Source: Chrysomallon squamiferum | Taxonomy: Eukaryota; Animalia; Mollusca | NCBI GenBank assembly: GCA_012295275.1 | Contig: CM022672.1 | Coordinates: forward strand, 22,196,001 to 22,260,000 | Length of the DNA: 64,000 nucleotides | Direction of reading: 5' to 3' | In this document: one piece after another, positions 55,667-64,000 of the stretch | Layout of the letters: the number at the start of each line of letters is the position of its first letter | Position numbering within the stretch: the first letter of the stretch is position 1 | The notes under the pieces: generated by a model | Seen by the model: the letters and a program-made list of their open reading frames with translations, nothing else | Told to the model about the DNA's origin: nothing | The model's database searches: none | Made by a program: the position numbers and the translations under genes

Positions 55667-56432
55667 GCACAGATAGTATTAAAATGGCTTATTGTGGTTT
55701 TGACAGGTGTTTATTTGATATTTATATCTCAGTGTTCTATCGTTTATGTTGAAGACATGTCAGCTACGACAAATTTATATAAAAGAAAATGTAAGACATT
55801 ACCGTCGTTTCTCTGTTCCGATTGATATCTGGCAAAATTTTAAATTACTTTGCCGAGTTTTAATCGCGTCTGCCGTTAAACATCTGATTGAAAGCCCCCA
55901 GTTATTTCCCAAGTTTGTAATAAATCAGCCGTTTTCTTACTGCCAGAGACTGGCGATCAAATGAAGACGTTAGTGCTTACGATGGCCTAATTAACAATCA
56001 GACATTGAAATTATCTTCGCCATAATCTGATATTTTGGTCAATTTGCTGAAGCGTTTATGAATATTTCCGAAGGATGACCCGAACAAAAGTGCTTTGCAT
56101 ATGTCCTCTTTGTTATAATCACAGTTATTATTTTTACATAAGTCACACTTCAGATTGGCCTTTTTTTTTTTTTTTTACACTGTTACATAAAAGTCATGCA
56201 TCATACTGTTATTATTATATATCCATTTAACTAATTCTGCTTCTACTGCTATTACCACAGCTACATCAATTAAAAACAATATTTTAGAACTACTGCCACT
56301 TCCACCACTATTTCAACCAATAATAATGGTGCGTTTAGAAGTAATGGTCGCGGTGGTAGTAACAGTACTTACAGTAGTAGTAATAGTAGTAGTAGTAGTA
56401 GTAGTAGAAGTAGTAGTAGTAGTAGTAGTAGC

Positions 56433-56464
<32 letters not shown>

Positions 56465-56819
56465 CATTAGAAATAATAGTAGTAGTAGTAATAGTGGTAG
56501 CAGCAATAGCATCATCAAAAAGCAATACAATAACTCATTCGTTTACACGGATTTTTGTCTCTATTCATGAGTTCTATAAATTAAAGATTTACTAAATAAT
56601 AATTTGTATTTTAGTACCGTGTGTCCTGGATTCCGTTACTTTAACAGTATATAAAAGTACATTATGCAAATGCCAAGAGTTCCATACATTATTAGTTTCT
56701 TTATAATTTATGTCCATATTTATTATTTATCAGTGGATTCCAAACAGATTGTTCGACAGATATGATACCGTGAGTGATGAACGAGATTATTTGGTTGTTT
56801 TGTACAAACTGTACAGTCG

Positions 56820-56854
56820 AGTTGCTTTGTTGTTTTGTTGTTGTTGTTTTTTTG

Positions 56855-56892
<38 letters not shown>

Positions 56893-56893
56893 T

Positions 56894-56950
<57 letters not shown>
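56820..56950. repeat. (GTT)n microsatellite
   Basis: Directly visible. Source of the poly-Q/poly-T ORF. Confidence 0.95.
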
Positions 56951-56951
<1 letters not shown>

Positions 56952-59900
56952 AAACTGTAGGTTAATGATATCACGAGGTATGGAGAGTCGAAAGACAAAC
57001 CAAACATGCTGCGTACTTTGTGTTTTTTTCCATTTCTGCAATATTTTCCTGTGTGTGAGTCTGTGTAATTGTGCACGCTTGTAGAGGAAATAAAAACGTT
57101 TGATTACTTAAAAATGTGAAATTCATTATTACGTCATAATCTGCAGGAAATCAGTGTGTGAACTAACCTTACGATAATAACTGTATAGAGAAATACTGCT
57201 TTGAACGAACGAAAGAAGAATCTGAATGGAAATAATGTTTTCTTGTCTGTTTCGAATTCTATTTCCTCTTCTTTCTTTTCTTCTTTTTCTTCTTTTCTTT
57301 TACTTCTTCTTCTTCTTTACAATCTTCTTCCTAGCCATCATCAGTTTCTTCTCTTCGTTTTCACAAATTCATCGTTATCACATTATTTTTATTTTTTCAT
57401 TTTTTCATTTTTTTCTCCTTCTTCTTTTTTCGCACCATCTTTTTCTCCTTTTTCTTTTTTCGCACCATCTTTTTCTCCTTCTGCACTTCTTTTTCTCCAT
57501 GTTCTTCTTGAACAGAAAGTCTTTTACTCTTCCTTCACACAAAAAGTTTAAAACAAAAAAACAAAAACAAAAAACGAGTCTTAAACATGATGATCACTGA
57601 AGACCACAGTTCTGGAAGAAAACAAACACGATCTGCATTCCCTGACGGTAACAGATACGACAGCGTATCAACGTGGCCTGTTATCATTGCTATTTACACA
57701 ACCTCGCGACTTAATACGTTTGTCACAACGGTCATTATCAAGTTAAAGCAGACACGGACAGCAGATGATCCAAGCAAACAGTTCGAGTCTCCAAGCAAAT
57801 ATGATTTTGGCTTACGTAAACAGTTTATCCGGTCATACCAGCATCCCAGCGCTTAACGCTACGCTTTCATGAAGCCACGAAGCAGCGAGTTCTTTTCAGG
57901 ACTGTTTCCTTGTGATTAACAGTAGCGACACGTTACACTGGAGAATGGAATCAAATAGCCAACTTTTGTGATCGTTAGAGAATCGGATTTATAAATTACT
58001 GCTAGTTTTCTTTTCAAATAGAAAAATGAAGCCAGGGTAATGTTGTTGTTTTTTTTTTTAATTTGTTTAATATTTAATCTGTTGTAAATTAGAACTCGTT
58101 TGCAATTTAACAGTGATGTTGTTGAATTGATATGTCAGGAATCAAGAGTTTTGTTTATTTATTTACTTTTTGTCGTAGTTCTCTTTGCGAGTTTTCTTTT
58201 TCTTTCTCTTTTCCCCCATATTCTTCATGTTGTAATGTACTTTTGATCATTTATTATCAAAGAAGCCATAAAAAGTTTCTAAAGATTCAAAAAATTTACT
58301 CTGGTATTCATTTCTGAAATTAAAACTCAATTACCGATAATAATAAAAAAAAAATAAAAGAATGTTAATTAATAGTGACTTTAAACAAATCTTTTTTTTT
58401 TTTAATCCTATAAAATGTCTAAAACAAAGACATTTTAAAAAAAAAAAAAAAAAATTATTTTTTTTAATTTAGAAAAGTATATCAGCAATTTAAAAGTTTA
58501 TATAATTCATTTAACAGCATGTGCCAGATCGTTATACTGTGAGAATGTTCTTTACAACTTTTAAATGAAGCTTGCGGTTTATTTCACGTAAAAAAAAAAA
58601 AAAAAAAAAAAATTTTTTTTTAAAAAACATCGACAATTCTTCCAACCGAAAATAACTTTCTGCTCATACAAAAAGAACAGTAACACTATTCTGTCTAACG
58701 CAATAAACTGGCTGCGCTAATAATAAACACGTCTGATCCTGTACGCGGACTTTCAATTACAGTTGTTGAGTATCAGGGGTGTGGACATAAATCGAAAATT
58801 ACGTTTAGAGCTTCGTTTAAAAGAGATTTGATGTTTCTTATCTGACACTTATTTTCAGTTCCTTGCAGTTCTTTGTCATTATGCGTAAACGACAGAAACG
58901 GTGGCGAGTCCGCATGCGGCAGGTTTTGAAACTTTCTGATGTTCTTTGCCATAACGTACAGCCCAGTTGTATGGCGATGACATTTCATATTTTCTAATGA
59001 ACGTATGGGTGTTTATATTGTAAGTAAGTATTAAGAATATCAGTATATGTATGTTTCTGCATATGTGTGTGTGTAGTTATGTGTGTGTATGTATGTATTA
59101 TGTGTATGTATGTATGTATGTGTCTTTGTTTGTATGTATATATGTGTGTGTATGTGTGTGTGTCAGTGTGTTTGTATATGTCGTTATAATCTGTCTGTCT
59201 GTTTAACTCTGTCTCACCTTTCACCTGTTACTCGTTTTAAAAAAAAAAAAAAAAAAAATTAATTAATTTCTTTTTTTAAGATCATCTCACTCTGATTTGT
59301 CTACACCTGCATATTGATTAACATATATTCCAGTTTATTTTTGATATATATAAATATAGTTTTTGTATATAACAAGTAAATGTTTATTACTGTTCCTAAT
59401 TTATTCTACTTTTTTAAAATCTAGTAATAGTAGTAGCAGCAGTAACAGTAGTAGGAGCAATAGCAACAGCAACAGCAGTAGTACTATGTTAAAGAATAGT
59501 AAAATTAAAAAACAATATGCCACTTTAAATGTACTAACACAGAACATTAATGATATTGATTTAGTGTTTTCGTTCGTTGCCGCAAAACATATTCTGTAGA
59601 TAAAATAAAATTAAAATAACAGTACCACAATAACTAATATATTTTAGTAATAGTAGTAGTATTTAAATAAACAAATAAACAAATAAACGAATAATCGAGT
59701 TCGTAAGTTTCCGTACCAGGTTAAAGGTCACCGTATTATGACGTCAAAACTAACGTTTACGTAGAAACACACATTTGACATTTCTGCTTTCTCACAAGTA
59801 TGTACGCTGTTCATTTTGTTATCTTAGTTTGGATTTATTTTCTTGTGTACCGTTTCAAGTCAAGGTAAGTCAAAGAACGTTAAATTAGTTTAAAATCTTT

Positions 59901-60159
59901 AATGATCAGTTGTAATAAACCTATCTTTCGTAATCCAGTATAAATAGGATGAGATTATGTCCGAACTGTCAACACTATCCTAATATGGTGCATGTGTACG
60001 TGTGTATGATATATACACACACACCCATATATATGTGTGCATACGCACGTGTGTGTTTGTATGTACGTGTGTACATTTTACAATCTTTTATGAAAAAAAT
60101 TCAGCATGATGCAAATGCGAGTCATTTCTTTTTCTTCTATTTTTTTTTTGATACGTGTA

Positions 60160-60194
<35 letters not shown>

Positions 60195-60355
60195 ATGTGT
60201 GTGTGTGTGTGTGTGTGTGAAGAAGAACGTCGTCATTTATTGCCGAGTTACTCCGTCCTCACAACGACATCAAAGCGCGCAGACCGCCTGTCGTGTTCAA
60301 AGACAATGCATGTAGTGATAATGAGACGGTTTTGCCTGGGGGGAAACTAGCGGCG

Positions 60356-60387
<32 letters not shown>

Positions 60388-61002
60388 GTCCTAATTGGCA
60401 ATTTGTAACAAAAACCAGGCAGAAGGGAAAAAAAAATAAAGAAACACACACGCAAATTATGACGTTCCTGTCTCGTGTATTTCTTTTCTCTGGCATACAG
60501 TTAATTACGTGTGGGTTCCTTTCTAAAACATATGCATGCGCCAAAGAAGGATTCTTCAACAACACTTGTTGAAACGGCGCGTTGAAGTAATAACATAATA
60601 CTGTGTCTGTCTTGTTTGTAACAACCTTTATTTTCATGATGGGCTCTGTGTTTAAAATTCGAGTCACGTCATGTACATTGACTTACTTCTTAAATGAATT
60701 TGTTCTGCTTTCGTAAAGTTATATTTCTCTGTGTGTGTATGTATGTATATGTAGGTATAAATTAAATGCATACATACATATACATTTACGTATACATATC
60801 TATCTATCCATTTTTCTATATATTATATGTGTATATTCGTTTGTATATATATATATACGTAAAAATATATGCATACATGTATGCATGTTTGTAGGTGTAC
60901 AGTATGTATGTGTGTATGCACGTATCTGTATGTATGGATGTATGTATGAATGAGATGGGAGTGTGTGTTTGTATATATATATATTTATTAATCTCAGTAC
61001 AG

Positions 61003-61141
<139 letters not shown>

Positions 61142-61890
61142 GGATAGATCCCAGTTTCAAATAATAGAGATATAAATGATATTAAAATACAAAAACAATA
61201 GTTGATAGATAATACATGATTTCATTTTCAAGATTAAGAATCCAGAAATAAAGTTAACATGAAAAAAATATATATGTAATAAAAATTTAAAAACTAATTC
61301 ATAAATATAAAATACTACTATTGTTTACAACTGATACATTTTTGATAACCTTGACAACCATTGAGAGTCGCAGGAAAAAAATGAAAACTGGAGTCATTGT
61401 ATTGCTTATGGGATTCTTAACATTTATAAAAAAAAAATTAATTAATTTTCTTTCTTTAATCTTGTTCTGTAGTTTACATTGCCTTAGAAATCTAAGTTTT
61501 TGATAGGCTTTTTTATCAGAATATAAAAGGTTCTAAGTTTAAATTGATAACCGTGATTAATTAATTTTTGTTTCATTTACGTATTTATTATTTTTATTTG
61601 CTTTATTGGTTGGTAGTTTGCTTTTAATCAAATAAAATTAATATGAAAAAGTCACTATATAGATAGTTTAAATAATTAATTAATAATGTCACTTTTTTGT
61701 TTTGTTTGCTGTTTGCTTTGCTTATTTTTTACCATTAGTAGTAATGTATTAGAAACAGTAACAGTAGACGTAGTAGTAGTAGTAACAGTAGTAGCAGTAG
61801 TAATTGTAGTAGTTGTAGTAGTAGCAGTAATAGTAGTAGTAGTACTATTAATTGTCACGGTATTAGTAATAGCAGCAGTAATAACAGCAT

Positions 61891-61923
<33 letters not shown>

Positions 61924-62550
61924 AAGTAGTCGTTATGATAGTTGTTATTGTTGAAAATGGTAGTAGGTAGTAGCTGAAGTTGTGCCTCGTTGGTTTTATC
62001 AGTACATTGTTGTTGTTGTGCATCTTAGCTATTATTGCTGTTGTTAATTTAATTTTCATGAAGATACATTAAATTTAAACACATCTGACATTAAGAGATG
62101 AATATATACGTCTAGCATCTAGGTCTTTAAACTGAAAAATTCGAAATTTTAAAAATTATTTTTGTTCCAGTATTAAAACATCGGAACCAGCATTAGCGAA
62201 AAAACAAAGCACTGTATGCACGTTCAAACATTTGTCCGTGCTCCGGCTGTATCGGAATGCACGTGCACGGCATGCACGGCATGCACAGACACGAGACGTT
62301 CACGTTCTGACCGGGTAAAGCCGAGAAGCCGCGCGAGACAAACGAGTTAATTGTTTTACGCAAGACATACGACATTAATGGCATCAATGGTGCAATTTCA
62401 TTTCAATTACCAACCAAGTACTGCATATCGATTACGTGTCAGTCATCCTTTTCCTTGAGCAGGTCGAATTTCTTGTTGCTCTTGATAACACAACCGTTTT
62501 GGCCCAGTGCAGGGATGATTATAGGCTTCGGACAACAACATGTCAAGTGG

Positions 62551-63385
62551 ATACCAGATGCTGAAATAACGGTTTACCAAAAGATGAAGTAACGGTTTAC
62601 CAAAAGATGAAATAACGGTTTACCAGATGATGAAATAACGGTTTAGTAAATGATGAAATAACAGTTTACCATATGCTGAAATAACGGTTTACCAAAACAC
62701 GAAATAACGGTTTATCAGATATTGAAATAACGGTTTATCAAATTGAAATAACGGTTTAGCAAATGCTGAAATAAAGGATTGGTCTTTATTGAAATAATGA
62801 TATATTAAATATGGAATAAAACTGTTTGTTATAGTTGAAATCACTTGATACTGAATAATCGTTTACAAATTTCAGTTTATTATAAATCACAATTACGAAA
62901 TGTTAAATATTGAAATAATGATTTGGAAGATGTTGAAATAACGGTTTACCAAACTGAAATAATGATTTTTAGATACTGAAATAATGGTTTACCATAAGAT
63001 TTCCGAATACTGAAATGTTACTTTAGTCAATGATGAAATATAAAACTGCTATATGCTGAAATAACTTCCAGAAAATGATGAATATAACAGGTTTAATTTT
63101 TGCTTAAACGAAGGATGTCTAAATACTGAAATATCTGTTTGCTAGCGTCTGAAGTAACGTTTTATTAAACAGTAAAAAAAAACATTTAACAAACACAGAA
63201 ATACAGATTTTACTAAATAACTGAAATCACTACTGAAATCACTTTTTATTAAAAAAAAAAAAAAAAACCTGAAGCCACTCTTACAAAATAATGAAATCAC
63301 TATTTGTGAAATACTGAAATCACTCTTACAAAAAAATTTAAATCACTGTTTGAAATAACTATTTACTAATCGAATATCGTTTTAC
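62551..63385. repeat. ~23-bp minisatellite (GAAATAACGGTTTACCAAANNNT) with left-to-right decay
   Basis: About nine well-conserved units at 62563-62767, then progressively diverged TGAAATAA/TGAAATCAC units to ~63385. Confidence 0.92.
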
Positions 63386-64000
63386 TGTTATTAAAAAAAT
63401 GTATTTTCTTTAAAAATATCGTCTTCGTTTTCTCTGTTCTTAGTGGAATGCATCCTTCCTGTCAGTTACGGAAATATATTTACCAAAAATAGAAACAGCA
63501 ATTTACCGATGCAGACGTAACCGCTTTCGCGTACCAAGTGCGCTAATGAAAACATCGATAGAGAATTGGCAGTTGAAGATTCTAATACAAAGGTTTATTA
63601 GCTAATGAAATAATATTTTAATGGATAAAGAAAAATTAATAGTTTTCACAGATGCTAAAATTGATTTGGAGTATCTCAGCTTTTCAACAGAAGATTTTTT
63701 ATTATTTTTAATTTTATTTTAAATTTATTTTAGTCTTTATTTTTATTTTTTTTTTTTTTTTTTTTTTTTTTTTCTGTTCCTGGTAAAAGTATTGGATTGA
63801 GAGATGATTGGCCTCATTTTCAATTTTGATCCATGTGCCTATTCTGTTATTTATCCCGTTCAACCCAGTAACTGGCTTGTTAAAATCCGTGTTTTGTGTT
63901 TTCCGTTTCATAAGAAAATGGATATAAAAGATACGTTACCACTCGATGATGATAGCTGTCTACACAGCAAATGGTTTCGCTCATATGTCATTATTATAAA

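Noticed and set aside
57587-57856. 89-aa ORF in a complex island (likewise 3537-3779 and 38381-38701)
   Set aside because: No recognisable homology or convincing splice context. A BLASTX search would be needed to revive any of them.

Overview
This is AT-rich, microsatellite-saturated eukaryotic DNA, most likely from an invertebrate animal (protostome-like by inference, not identified). It reads as a gene desert or a very large intron. I cannot support any protein-coding gene: most ORFs in the track are translated simple repeats, and the few complex ones resemble nothing I recognise. The firm features are one intact, intronless tRNA-Cys(GCA) gene (53784-53855, +) with a TATA-like element and oligo-T terminator, a ~280-bp Tc1/mariner-type MITE whose left tip is lost in a (GA)n tract (55182-55461), about a dozen minisatellites or local tandem duplications of very different ages, and dozens of SSRs. 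Between SSR blocks lie recurring 200-500 bp CpG-retaining, high-complexity islands. By eye the window is enriched for TGACGTCA (CRE) and TGACAG(C/G)T (TALE/Meis-type) words and holds a CTCF-core-like cluster, which fits a cis-regulatory landscape (inference). I did not find a clearly novel biological system. The two CRISPR-looking arrays are minisatellites.
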